From Oscillospiraceae bacterium (GTDB lineage: Bacteria > Bacillota > Clostridia > Saccharofermentanales > Saccharofermentanaceae), in contig CADAOK010000017.1 of NCBI GenBank assembly GCA_902789515.1, positions 1 through 46,305 on the forward strand: DNA of 46,305 nt, given 5' to 3'. Positions 35,512 to 44,782 of this stretch are shown here, piece after piece (within the stretch, counting starts at the first letter, position 1; each line of letters opens with the position of its first letter). Made by a program: the position numbers and the translations under genes. The notes under the pieces were generated by a model. That model saw only the letters and a program-made list of their open reading frames with translations, did no database searches and was not told the DNA's origin.

Positions 35512-38500
35512 ATGAATAAGATCAGCAATAAACTGAAAGTAGGTACTTTCATCCTTTCCGTACTAATGCTGTTTTGCTTTATTGGTATCAATTCGGTTAA
35601 TGCAGCAACGGAATACACTCCGTTAGTACATAAAGATGATTATGATTTTACCGTTAATAGCGGTTGTATAGAAGAATGGTTTACTTATACTGCTGAAGGA
35701 GAAGTAACTTCACATATTATCCAGGCAGCTTCCAGTTACAGCGGCACTCCATACTCCAGCATGGATTGCGCACAGTTTGTAGCCAAAGTCCTTCTTGATG
35801 CCGGAAGCATCGATTTTGGCGGTTATCTGGCATGTGACGGTAACATGCAGGTTGCAGAATTCCTCAAATTGTTTGCCGGAGAGATCCCGACGGGGATCGA
35901 TGGACGTACCGTTAGTCCCGTCAAAGGTTCTGAAGTAATCGATGCTGCCAGCATGAGTTCACAGTTTATAAATGAGTGGTGTGCCGTGAACTGTAAGCCG
36001 GCAGATATTCTTGTGTTCTATGGCGAGGACGGAAATGATCTGCATATCGGTATCTTCTCCGAAGTCAGAGACGGAGTCGCATATATGTGGCATTCAGGTT
36101 CTTCGCGTGGTGTTTGTGAGATCGCAGTGAGCAATATCATCAGATCAGGAAAAGTCGGTCATACAATCACTTATATGCAGAGTTTCAGGGCTTCCGCTGA
36201 TACAAAGGCCTATACGACACTTTGGATCAATAAGATTGCCGGTGATGGTAATTATATGGGAGGAGCCGAATACGGTGTTTACTCAGATCAGGGACTTACA
36301 AATGAGATAGGCCGGCTTATAGATGATAATTATAACGGAACACTGTCAACACCTTTTGAACTGACCAGGGATGGTTCTGATTTTGTCGGAACATTCTATA
36401 TAAAGGAGATCGTGGCACCGACTCAGCTTCTGACAGGTAATGGCAGTATCGACCTTACATGCGGAGAAGGCGGACTTCCTGATGAATACAACTTTTTGGA
36501 CGATACCGTTTATAAAGTCGATATGAGGATCTCGGGTGTGAACGGTTCGGCAGGAACTATGAATTATACTGTTTCAAAGATAACCGGAGCCGGGGAAGAA
36601 CAGATGTATAACGATGTCATATATGATTATCCGCTGACAGGTTCAGAGATTATTGTAGGCAACCAGCCGTATTCCGGGTCGGGAATGGTCGATGCGCCTG
36701 TGATCAGTCTCGAGAAAACGACTGTTACATCATTTGATACCACGAATACGGTATTTACACTCAAGAGCAGCTATAAACTCGTTGCTACTTATTCTTATGA
36801 GAACGGAAAATGGATCTGGAAGGACAAGAACGGTAATGACTGGGGAACAGGTTCGTTCCCTGTCAAAGCAAACACTGAGTACACAATTGAAGAAAGCAGT
36901 ATCCTTCCTGAGTTCTCCTGTTATGACGGCAACAAGATCGTATATCAGGTGGTAAATAACGGAAGCGGATGGAACCAGACGTCAGAGAATACATATGAGA
37001 TGAGCTTCAGCACAGGAGGACTTGGAGATTCTTTAAAGTATGAGTTCAGTGCACAGAATGATACTGAGGAAGCGTTATTCAGTCTGACAAAGGATGTTGT
37101 TGAAGCAAATGATACAAAAGACGGATTCCAATTTGAATTATGGAATACAGAAGGAAGTATCCTATTGGCAAAAGGCGAATCTGATGCATCGGGCAAGGTG
37201 CTATGGGATACCGGAAACCTGAGTGGTGCGGAAGAATTTGCACTTCCGGCGGGACAGTATCAGCTGAGGGAACTGATTCCGGAAAACAAGACTTACGGTG
37301 CAAGCAAAGCGGTATATACATATGATGTACCATCAGGGTTCAGCACCTCATCAGACGGTAGTTATTGGTATAAGACCATTTTTGCTTCATCAGGAACCAC
37401 TATTGCCCAAAATATCAGTAACGACAGATGCCAGGCAAGTATTAAGGTAACAAAGATCGCACAGGATGGTAAAGACGAAGGTCTTGAGTTCGAGATCTAT
37501 TATGGCGGTAATGGTGAAGAACCCGTTTGGAGTTATGAGACAGTGGAGACCGCTGTTACGGATTCTGACGGATATGCTGTATTTGAAGAACTTCCGCTCG
37601 GCTGGTACAAGATAAAGGAAAATGTGCCTGAGAATTATAAGGGCATATGGGTAGGAAAATATAATGGGATATATAAAGAAGTCCGTCTGACGGAAGCGAA
37701 TGATAACCAGACAGTCGGTGTTACTGCACTCAATCTGATTAACACGCAGATCATTATCGAAAAGACTGACGCATGGACAGGAGAAACTATTTCCTCTTAC
37801 ACAGGAAGCCCGGTAAAGTTCAGGGTATATGAGGATAATAATGGCAACGGAATCCTGGACGGTAAAGAAGCGGAGTCTTATATCGAGATTACGGATTCTG
37901 ATCTTGATGGTGTCCTTAGAGTCGAAGATGTAGAGTACGGATGCTATCTGCTTGAGGAACAGTACCCTCCGTGCGGATATTACAAGACGGAAGATTTGAT
38001 TCAGGTTATAGTAGACAGCGCGGAGAAAGTGCAGGTAACAGTGCCACAGGTACCATATGCTGAGACCGCAGTAATCTTAAAGACGGATTCAATAACCGGT
38101 AAACCCGTCAAGGAAGCTGAGTTTACTGTGTATGCAGATACTAATAATGATGGAATACATCAGGATAATGAACCGGAAGCCCTGACATTCGATCAGGCAA
38201 GCGGGTCGATGAGAAATGCGGCTGTAACTGAAGTGTCGGACGGCAAGTATGAATCAGATCCGTTACTGGCAGGCAATTATGTGATAGTAGAGACCGGCCT
38301 GCCGGACGGTTATTTTTATTGTGGCAAGGACGGAAAGTCTTCTTCGGAGGCAAATTCATTTGCATTTACTGTCGTCCCTGAGGATACGGAAGCAGACGGT
38401 TTTTGCCTGACAAGTAAAGAGTTTGATGCCATGAATGTACCCGGAGGCGTAGTTGTCTATAAAGTTAATGATTCCGGTGAATTGCTTGAAGGCGCTGCTT

Positions 38501-39993
38501 TCTCGGTCTTTGAAGATAAGGCTTGCAGTAAGCTGGCCGGAATACTAAACGATGAAGGCAACGGATGCTATTCCTATTACGGACTTGGTGCAGGTACATA
38601 CTATCTGATGGAGACCAATGCTCCGGAAGGATACATCTGTGATAAGACTGTATATAAGTTTGTTATCAACAGCGACAAGAGTACCGCTGTTATTACAAAT
38701 GCATTTGCATATGAACTTGGCAAGGAAGACAGCTTCTGCGATCCTGTACCAATAACAGGAACAGTACTGATAGATACTTCTTCAGAAGATGTAAGTAAGA
38801 CCAAGCTGCTTTCGTATGGAGAGAAAGTTGAATTGACGGATTATGTAGCCTGCTCCGGTCTTAATGAAGGAGAGACATACAAACTGACAGGAACTCTGGT
38901 AAAAAAGAGCAACGGAGAAGAGCTGTTAACAACGGAGACTGAATTTATCGCCGATTCTGCATTTATGACTGTTGAGGTTGGATTCAAGATCGATACCACA
39001 GAATTGTACGGTGAGGCAATTGTGGCATTTGAAGTCCTGGAAGACCAGGATGGCAATGAATACCGCCATGAAGACATTGATGACGAGGCTCAGACGCTTA
39101 CAATGCCGCAGATCGGCACATCTGCTTCTGATGCTGAAACAGGAACTAATGTATTTATGTGTTCGGATATTGTCTCCATCATTGATGAAGTGTCATATGA
39201 AGGTCTTACTAAGGATCTGAATTATAAAGTAACCGGAATGCTTATGGATAAGTCAACCGGAGAACCTGTCAAAGATAAGGAAGGCAACCCGGTTGTGGCA
39301 GAGACTGATTTTACTGTGACAAGCACATCAGGCAGTGTAACAGTAGAGTTTGAAAATGTGTGTATTCCTTATGAGATAACTGAAGTAGTTGTTTTCGAGA
39401 AACTATATGCAGATGATGTGTTGCTGGCTGTTCATGAGGATATAGAGGATGAAGAGCAGACAATAGTAAGAGCTCAGCTTGAGACGAATGCAGAAGCTGA
39501 GAATACCGGCAAAGCGCTTATGCCTGATACAGTTGCGACTATAGTCGACACGGTAGAGTATTCAGGTCTTATACCGGGAACCTGCTATGTTATCGAAGCA
39601 ACTCTATATAAGAGCACCGGTGAACAGCTTACGGCAAATGGTCAGCCGATCATTAACTGTGTTGAGTTCATTCCCGATACAGCTGATGGAACCATTAGTG
39701 TACCGGTAACTTTTGACACTCAAGGACTAAAGGAAGGAGAAGTAATTGTAGTCTTCGAGAGCGTCAAGGATGTTGCGACTCAGGAAGAAAAAGAATCCGG
39801 ACAGCAACAGGAAAATGTTGAAGTAAGCAGACATACCGATCTCAGCAGTAAATCGCAAAGTCTCACGGTCAAAGCACTTCCGGCTACAGGTGAGGACATA
39901 TCCCGATATGCCGTTACAGGTGCAATTACTGTTTTTGCAGGAGGAGTTATTGCCGTTATTGTATTCTTAAGAACAAAGAAGAAGGAGGAATAA
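35512..39993 (+). CDS. Sortase-anchored surface protein: NlpC/P60-like head, SpaA/CnaB-type domains, three VaFE (Thr-Gln ester bond) repeats
   Basis: Sec signal (..NSVNA|A), YYLMETNAPEGY-type SpaA motifs, VAFE/VVFE with HxDxxDxxQ motifs, LPATG (39877-39891), TM and KKK tail. ATG at 35512 follows AAGGAG. Confidence 0.88.
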   Translation: MNKISNKLKVGTFILSVLMLFCFIGINSVNAATEYTPLVHKDDYDFTVNSGCIEEWFTYTAEGEVTSHIIQAASSYSGTPYSSMDCAQFVAKVLLDAGSIDFGGYLACDGNMQVAEFLKLFAGEIPTGIDGRTVSPVKGSEVIDAASMSSQFINEWCAVNCKPADILVFYGEDGNDLHIGIFSEVRDGVAYMWHSGSSRGVCEIAVSNIIRSGKVGHTITYMQSFRASADTKAYTTLWINKIAGDGNYMGGAEYGVYSDQGLTNEIGRLIDDNYNGTLSTPFELTRDGSDFVGTFYIKEIVAPTQLLTGNGSIDLTCGEGGLPDEYNFLDDTVYKVDMRISGVNGSAGTMNYTVSKITGAGEEQMYNDVIYDYPLTGSEIIVGNQPYSGSGMVDAPVISLEKTTVTSFDTTNTVFTLKSSYKLVATYSYENGKWIWKDKNGNDWGTGSFPVKANTEYTIEESSILPEFSCYDGNKIVYQVVNNGSGWNQTSENTYEMSFSTGGLGDSLKYEFSAQNDTEEALFSLTKDVVEANDTKDGFQFELWNTEGSILLAKGESDASGKVLWDTGNLSGAEEFALPAGQYQLRELIPENKTYGASKAVYTYDVPSGFSTSSDGSYWYKTIFASSGTTIAQNISNDRCQASIKVTKIAQDGKDEGLEFEIYYGGNGEEPVWSYETVETAVTDSDGYAVFEELPLGWYKIKENVPENYKGIWVGKYNGIYKEVRLTEANDNQTVGVTALNLINTQIIIEKTDAWTGETISSYTGSPVKFRVYEDNNGNGILDGKEAESYIEITDSDLDGVLRVEDVEYGCYLLEEQYPPCGYYKTEDLIQVIVDSAEKVQVTVPQVPYAETAVILKTDSITGKPVKEAEFTVYADTNNDGIHQDNEPEALTFDQASGSMRNAAVTEVSDGKYESDPLLAGNYVIVETGLPDGYFYCGKDGKSSSEANSFAFTVVPEDTEADGFCLTSKEFDAMNVPGGVVVYKVNDSGELLEGAAFSVFEDKACSKLAGILNDEGNGCYSYYGLGAGTYYLMETNAPEGYICDKTVYKFVINSDKSTAVITNAFAYELGKEDSFCDPVPITGTVLIDTSSEDVSKTKLLSYGEKVELTDYVACSGLNEGETYKLTGTLVKKSNGEELLTTETEFIADSAFMTVEVGFKIDTTELYGEAIVAFEVLEDQDGNEYRHEDIDDEAQTLTMPQIGTSASDAETGTNVFMCSDIVSIIDEVSYEGLTKDLNYKVTGMLMDKSTGEPVKDKEGNPVVAETDFTVTSTSGSVTVEFENVCIPYEITEVVVFEKLYADDVLLAVHEDIEDEEQTIVRAQLETNAEAENTGKALMPDTVATIVDTVEYSGLIPGTCYVIEATLYKSTGEQLTANGQPIINCVEFIPDTADGTISVPVTFDTQGLKEGEVIVVFESVKDVATQEEKESGQQQENVEVSRHTDLSSKSQSLTVKALPATGEDISRYAVTGAITVFAGGVIAVIVFLRTKKKEE

Positions 39994-40030
39994 AAACAGG
40001 GGGACGGATCTTACCGTCCCCCATAATTAT
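39992..40030. terminator. Terminator between convergent genes
   Basis: GGGGGACGG-ATCTTA-CCGTCCCCC (39999-40022). The T-tract is on the - strand, and the + side is followed by AT-rich sequence. Confidence 0.75.
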
Positions 40031-40044
40031 TCAATAATCTCGGA

Positions 40045-41235
40045 TCAGAGTTCGGCTCTGTGTTCAATACCGAGTTCTTCCGCGACTTTGAAGAATGCCT
40101 GTCTTGAATTCTTTATGCATGTCTCAGATACGCAGAATGCAAGCCTGCAGTAACCGGGGCAGGAGAATGAAGCTCCGGGTACGAGGAGAAGGTTGTATTT
40201 CGCGCAGACGGCAGCAAAGTCCTTGTCATCCATGCCGTTGGGTGTGTTCATGAAGATGTAGAGTGCGCCGTTGGGCTTAACGGAATCAAAGCCTGCATCG
40301 ATGATGTTTGAATAGAGAAGATTCCTTCTGTGCTCGTAATTGGCAACATCGACCTTTGCATTGATGGACTTCTCGATGACCTTCTGCCAGATGGCAGGAG
40401 CATTAACACTGCCCAAAGTCCTGTGAGACAGGACGATTGCATTTGTCAGGTCTTCGTAGTCTTCGTTGTTGGGAGATACGAGTGTATAACCGATCCTCTC
40501 GCCGGGAAGGGAGAGTGATTTGCTCCAAGAGAAGCAGATGATAAGGTTATCAATATACTTGAGTGCGCAAGGTACTGTAAGTCCATCATACACGAGATCG
40601 ATATACGGCTCATCAGAGATGACATGGATCGTGTGGTCAAATGATTTAAGCATATCGTTGAGTTCTGTGAGAAGAGACTCGGGATAGACAACGCCGGAAG
40701 GGTTGTTGGGGGAGTTGATGATGATTGCCTTGGTCTTGGGAGTAACCGCTTCCTTGATTCTGCTGATGACAGGCATAAAGTTCTCATCTGTAGGAACGAT
40801 TACAGGCACACCGTTGTGATTCTCAATGTAGCCGTTGTACTCCATGAAGAACGGTGCGAGAACGATAACCTCATCACCGTCGTCAAGAAGGGAGTGAAGT
40901 ACATCATTCATTGCAGATGCTGCGCCGACAGTCATGCATACTGCGCCGGGTTCAATGGCAAGACCGGATTCTGCAGCACGTTTGTCGGCAACTATCTTTC
41001 TGGTGGATTCGTAACCGCTGTTGCTCATATAACCGTGCATGCCCGGAGTCGGATTATCAGCAAGCTCTTTGAGTGCATCAGATACTTCGTGCGGAGGTTC
41101 AAGGTCTGGGTTTCCGATAGAGAAATCGAAGACATTATCGGCTCCATAGATAGCCTTAAGGCGGTTGCCTTCCTCGAACATCTTACGGATAGCTGAACCG
41201 CCTGCCAATTTTGCTTTAATCTTTGTTGAGATCAT
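40045..41235 (-). CDS. PLP-dependent aminotransferase class I/II (aspartate aminotransferase-like)
   Basis: FDFSIGNP, INSPNNPSG, SDEPY, SWSKSLSLPGERIGY. Confidence 0.92.
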   Translation of the reverse strand: MISTKIKAKLAGGSAIRKMFEEGNRLKAIYGADNVFDFSIGNPDLEPPHEVSDALKELADNPTPGMHGYMSNSGYESTRKIVADKRAAESGLAIEPGAVCMTVGAASAMNDVLHSLLDDGDEVIVLAPFFMEYNGYIENHNGVPVIVPTDENFMPVISRIKEAVTPKTKAIIINSPNNPSGVVYPESLLTELNDMLKSFDHTIHVISDEPYIDLVYDGLTVPCALKYIDNLIICFSWSKSLSLPGERIGYTLVSPNNEDYEDLTNAIVLSHRTLGSVNAPAIWQKVIEKSINAKVDVANYEHRRNLLYSNIIDAGFDSVKPNGALYIFMNTPNGMDDKDFAAVCAKYNLLLVPGASFSCPGYCRLAFCVSETCIKNSRQAFFKVAEELGIEHRAEL

Positions 41236-41236
41236 A

Positions 41237-42892
41237 TTACTGCCTCCTGGTGATTATCCTGTCTTTAAGACGCTTCTCGAAGAACCTCTCGGTAAGGGGT
41301 TTCTCATAGAAGAATGACTGGAAATGTTTGCATCCGCACTGGATGAGACGTTTGATGTCTTCCTCTTCGTGAGCGCCGTCACAGATTACTGTATAGCCGA
41401 GTTTGTCGGCGAGAGTGATCATGTTCTCAAGAATGATCATGCCTCGCTCGTCATCAGATGTAATAACATTGCGGTTGATCTTAACGAAGTCCAATTCGAC
41501 TTCCTGAAGCAATCTCAGCGTGGTAAGACCGGATCCGAAATTATCGATAGTGATGATAACACCGGTCTCCTTAAGCTTCTTTGTGCATTTCTTAAGCTGA
41601 AGGAGTTCGTGACGGTTGTTCGGTTCGTTGAACTCGACTCCGATATATTTGTGATCAATGCCATGTGAATCGATCACACTGATGATCTCGTCGGCAAGAC
41701 CCTCGTTGATGAGATTCAGATTAGAGAAGTTGCAGGTAACGGGAACAACATCGAATCCCTTATCCAGCCATTCTTTTACTTTTCTGCACACGGTGTCCAA
41801 CACATAGAAATCGATCTTTGTCATTAGACCTGACTCAGTAGCGGTGTTAATGAATTCCTGCGGCATACATATCTCGCCGTTGTGTATCCATCTGGCCAGA
41901 GCCTCTGCAGCAAAGACAGTTACTTCATCTCCGGTGCTGAACATAGGCTGGAAATACACCAGGAATTTCTTCTTCTCAAGTGCATCCCTGATGGCATTTG
42001 TGTATTCCTTGTGAGTGACTTTCTCAGATGCAATATGTCCGGAGAAGATAACAACATCCTCGCCGCTCTTTCTGGCAGTGCCAAGGGCCTGCATGCAGTC
42101 GGTTATAAGAGCCATAGCCTGCGGATAAGTGTCGTCATACATAACGATACCAGCGCGTGCGGAGAGGGTATAAACAATGCTGTCACCGTTGTAATTGGCA
42201 TTGATGTTGATGCTGGAAAGGAATTTCTTAAGATCTTCGAGCCTTTCTTTACGGAATACCGCAACAAAATTATCTCCGCCCATATGGGTGGCGTATTCGC
42301 CAAGATTGCTGTCGGCAAAAGCATAAAGCTTCTTAGCAAAATCCGAAAAGGCACTGGAGGCAAGATTAGAACCGAAGAAATGATTGAATCTTGCACTTCC
42401 TTTGATGTTGATCAAAGCACAGAGATATGAGCTTGCAGTACCTTTTGCTATGTACTCATTGAACTTCTTGGCATAGTAATTAAGATTGGGAATGCCCATC
42501 TCGCGGTTATAGTACTTTAGTTTCTCGACAGCATGTTCGAGATACCAATAGGAAAGGACAAGATTAACCGAACTGGAGAAGAATCTGAATTGCTGTTTTT
42601 GCTGGTCATCGGTAAGCCCGGGAAAGAATTTCTTGAAGTAGAATCTTGTAATCCCGCGCTTGTCATCAGACAGATCCTTAGAGAGCTCATAATACTCGGA
42701 CTCATGTTCATCCTGGGTTACATAGACGATGTTCTGTCTTTCCAAAGATCCGGAAGAATAAATCAGGTGTTCGATGCGGCAGCATCCGACTGAATCGGCG
42801 AGAGCAGTAAAAGCCTTGCCTGAGAAATGCTCGCCATCGAAATTGCTTAAAGAATCAAAATACCCTTGAATATCGGTTGAGATGTTTTCCAT
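41237..42892 (-). CDS. GGDEF-EAL domain protein with degenerate motifs
   Basis: HMGGDNF, VYFQP..AEALARW, IDNFGSG, FVKIN. Start probably ATG at 42892 (ORF track extends to 42940). Confidence 0.88.
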   Translation of the reverse strand: MENISTDIQGYFDSLSNFDGEHFSGKAFTALADSVGCCRIEHLIYSSGSLERQNIVYVTQDEHESEYYELSKDLSDDKRGITRFYFKKFFPGLTDDQQKQQFRFFSSSVNLVLSYWYLEHAVEKLKYYNREMGIPNLNYYAKKFNEYIAKGTASSYLCALINIKGSARFNHFFGSNLASSAFSDFAKKLYAFADSNLGEYATHMGGDNFVAVFRKERLEDLKKFLSSININANYNGDSIVYTLSARAGIVMYDDTYPQAMALITDCMQALGTARKSGEDVVIFSGHIASEKVTHKEYTNAIRDALEKKKFLVYFQPMFSTGDEVTVFAAEALARWIHNGEICMPQEFINTATESGLMTKIDFYVLDTVCRKVKEWLDKGFDVVPVTCNFSNLNLINEGLADEIISVIDSHGIDHKYIGVEFNEPNNRHELLQLKKCTKKLKETGVIITIDNFGSGLTTLRLLQEVELDFVKINRNVITSDDERGMIILENMITLADKLGYTVICDGAHEEEDIKRLIQCGCKHFQSFFYEKPLTERFFEKRLKDRIITRRQ

Positions 42893-43015
42893 CAACAATA
42901 TGAACCGCCTATAAAATATTAAGAGAATTTTAAGGTACAAACAGGCTCAATGCAACGAAAATGACAAATAACAAAAAATACGATAATTCTAAAAAAATAA
43001 TGACAAGGAGATATT

Positions 43016-43390
43016 ATGGATACAGATAACAGGACCGAGAGAAGAAAGACAGGCGACAGGGCGGAGGATACCGTCATAGAAATCCTTAAGAATAAAGGTT
43101 ACAAGTTGATCGAACGCAATTTTGAAGTGCATGGTGTGGGTGAATTGGATTGCGTTTTCGAGAAGGCCAAAGAGATATATGTGGTCGAAGTCAGATCCAG
43201 AAGGAATACCGGACCGTATCCGACGTCAAGCGAGACTGTCGATCGTGCCAAAAGAAGAAAGATACATAAGACCACGGGATTCATTATTGCCAAATACAGC
43301 TGGTACGACAGAAATATAAACTTTTTGATAGCAGAGGTAACGCATAACAGTGCCGGAATGGTACAAAATGTAGAATTTATTCCTTTTTAG
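43016..43390 (+). CDS. yraN: YraN family endonuclease (UPF0102)
   Basis: G..AE...L..KGY.LIERNF...GELD...VVEVRSR...ETVD..KRRKI. SD AAGGAG. Confidence 0.88.
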   Translation: MDTDNRTERRKTGDRAEDTVIEILKNKGYKLIERNFEVHGVGELDCVFEKAKEIYVVEVRSRRNTGPYPTSSETVDRAKRRKIHKTTGFIIAKYSWYDRNINFLIAEVTHNSAGMVQNVEFIPF

Positions 43391-43486
43391 AAAACACCAA
43401 TGAAATTTGATTGCCAAACGGCATGCCTTGTGATATTTGCAAGAATGGGCTTCGTAAATTTCATTTTGAAAGAAGGAACACTCGAT

Positions 43487-44782
43487 ATGAGTTATTTGAA
43501 CATGTCTGCTGCTGAGCTCGAGTCTGAGCTTAATTCGCTTAAGGCTCGCTATGAAGAATACAAGGCCATGAACCTTAACATCAACATGAAGCGCGGCCAG
43601 CCTTCACCTGAGCAGCTCGACCTTTCCAATCATATGTTTGACGGTATTGCTGATTCGGGCTATAGAGCTCAAGACGGCGGTGATGTCAGGAACTACGGCA
43701 ATCCTGCCGGATTGGCAGAGGCACGTAAGGTCTTTGCCGATATAATCGGAACAGAAGCAGACAATATCTTCCTCGGAAATTCTTCGAGCCTCAATATGAT
43801 GTTCGATACACTCATGCGTGCCATGGTCTTCGGTGAGATCGATTCCGATAAGCCCTGGTCGCAGATTGAAGGACGTAAGTGGCTTTGCCCTGCGCCCGGA
43901 TATGACAGACACTTCAGAGTAACCGAGACACTCGGCTTTGAACTCATTACTGTTCCCATGACAGAGAAAGGTCCCGATATGGATATCGTTGAGAAGCTTG
44001 TCGCTGAAGACGATAAGATCCTCGGTATCTGGAACGTTCCCGTATATACCAACCCTGAGGGTGTTGTCTACTCTGAAGAGACCTGCAGACGTATGGCTTC
44101 GATGAAGACTGCTGCCAAGGATTTCAGGATCATCTGGGATAACGCTTATGTATGCCACCATCTCTTTGATGACGAGTCCGAGAGGGGAAGGGTACCCGAT
44201 ATGCTCACACTCTGCGCTGAAGCGGGATATCCGAACAGGGTATATGAGTTTGCTTCTTCTTCAAAGGTTACTTTCGCAGGCGGTGGACTTTCCTGCTTCG
44301 CAGCTAATAAGGATAACCTCGAGCGCGCTAAGAAGTATATGGGCGTTCAGGCTATATGCTCAAACAAAGTAAATCAGTTTGCTCATGTAAGATTCCTTCC
44401 TGATGCAAATGCCGTCAATGAGATCATGAAGAAGCACGCAGCTATCTTAAGACCTAAGTTCAAGACGGTTATCGATATCCTTACAGAGGAGTTCGAAGGC
44501 AATACTGACATCTGCCGTTGGACCAATCCTAAGGGCGGGTATTTTGTCAGCTTCTATGCAATGCCCGGTACGGCTGCCAAGACTGTATCCATGTGTGCAG
44601 ACATCGGAATCGCTCTGACACCCGCAGGTGCCAGCTATCCTTACGGCAAGGATCCTGAAGACACCAATATCAGACTTGCTCCGTCTTTCCCTCAGCCGGC
44701 AGAGATCGAGAAGGCTATCAGGATACTCTCCGTCTGTGCTAAAATTACCGCAGTAGAAAAACTCCTGAAGGAGAAGCAGTAA
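43487..44782 (+). CDS. PLP-dependent aminotransferase (Rv3722c-like putative aspartate aminotransferase)
   Basis: MKRGQPSPEQLDLS, CPAPGYDRHF, WDNAY, SSSKVTF, PKGGYF, NIRLAPS. ATG at 43487 follows AAGGA. Confidence 0.88.
   Translation: MSYLNMSAAELESELNSLKARYEEYKAMNLNINMKRGQPSPEQLDLSNHMFDGIADSGYRAQDGGDVRNYGNPAGLAEARKVFADIIGTEADNIFLGNSSSLNMMFDTLMRAMVFGEIDSDKPWSQIEGRKWLCPAPGYDRHFRVTETLGFELITVPMTEKGPDMDIVEKLVAEDDKILGIWNVPVYTNPEGVVYSEETCRRMASMKTAAKDFRIIWDNAYVCHHLFDDESERGRVPDMLTLCAEAGYPNRVYEFASSSKVTFAGGGLSCFAANKDNLERAKKYMGVQAICSNKVNQFAHVRFLPDANAVNEIMKKHAAILRPKFKTVIDILTEEFEGNTDICRWTNPKGGYFVSFYAMPGTAAKTVSMCADIGIALTPAGASYPYGKDPEDTNIRLAPSFPQPAEIEKAIRILSVCAKITAVEKLLKEKQ

Noticed and set aside
43180-43205. 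YraN EVR instead of EVK as a sign of inactivation
   Set aside because: Arg at this position occurs in other YraN proteins, so it does not indicate loss of function.
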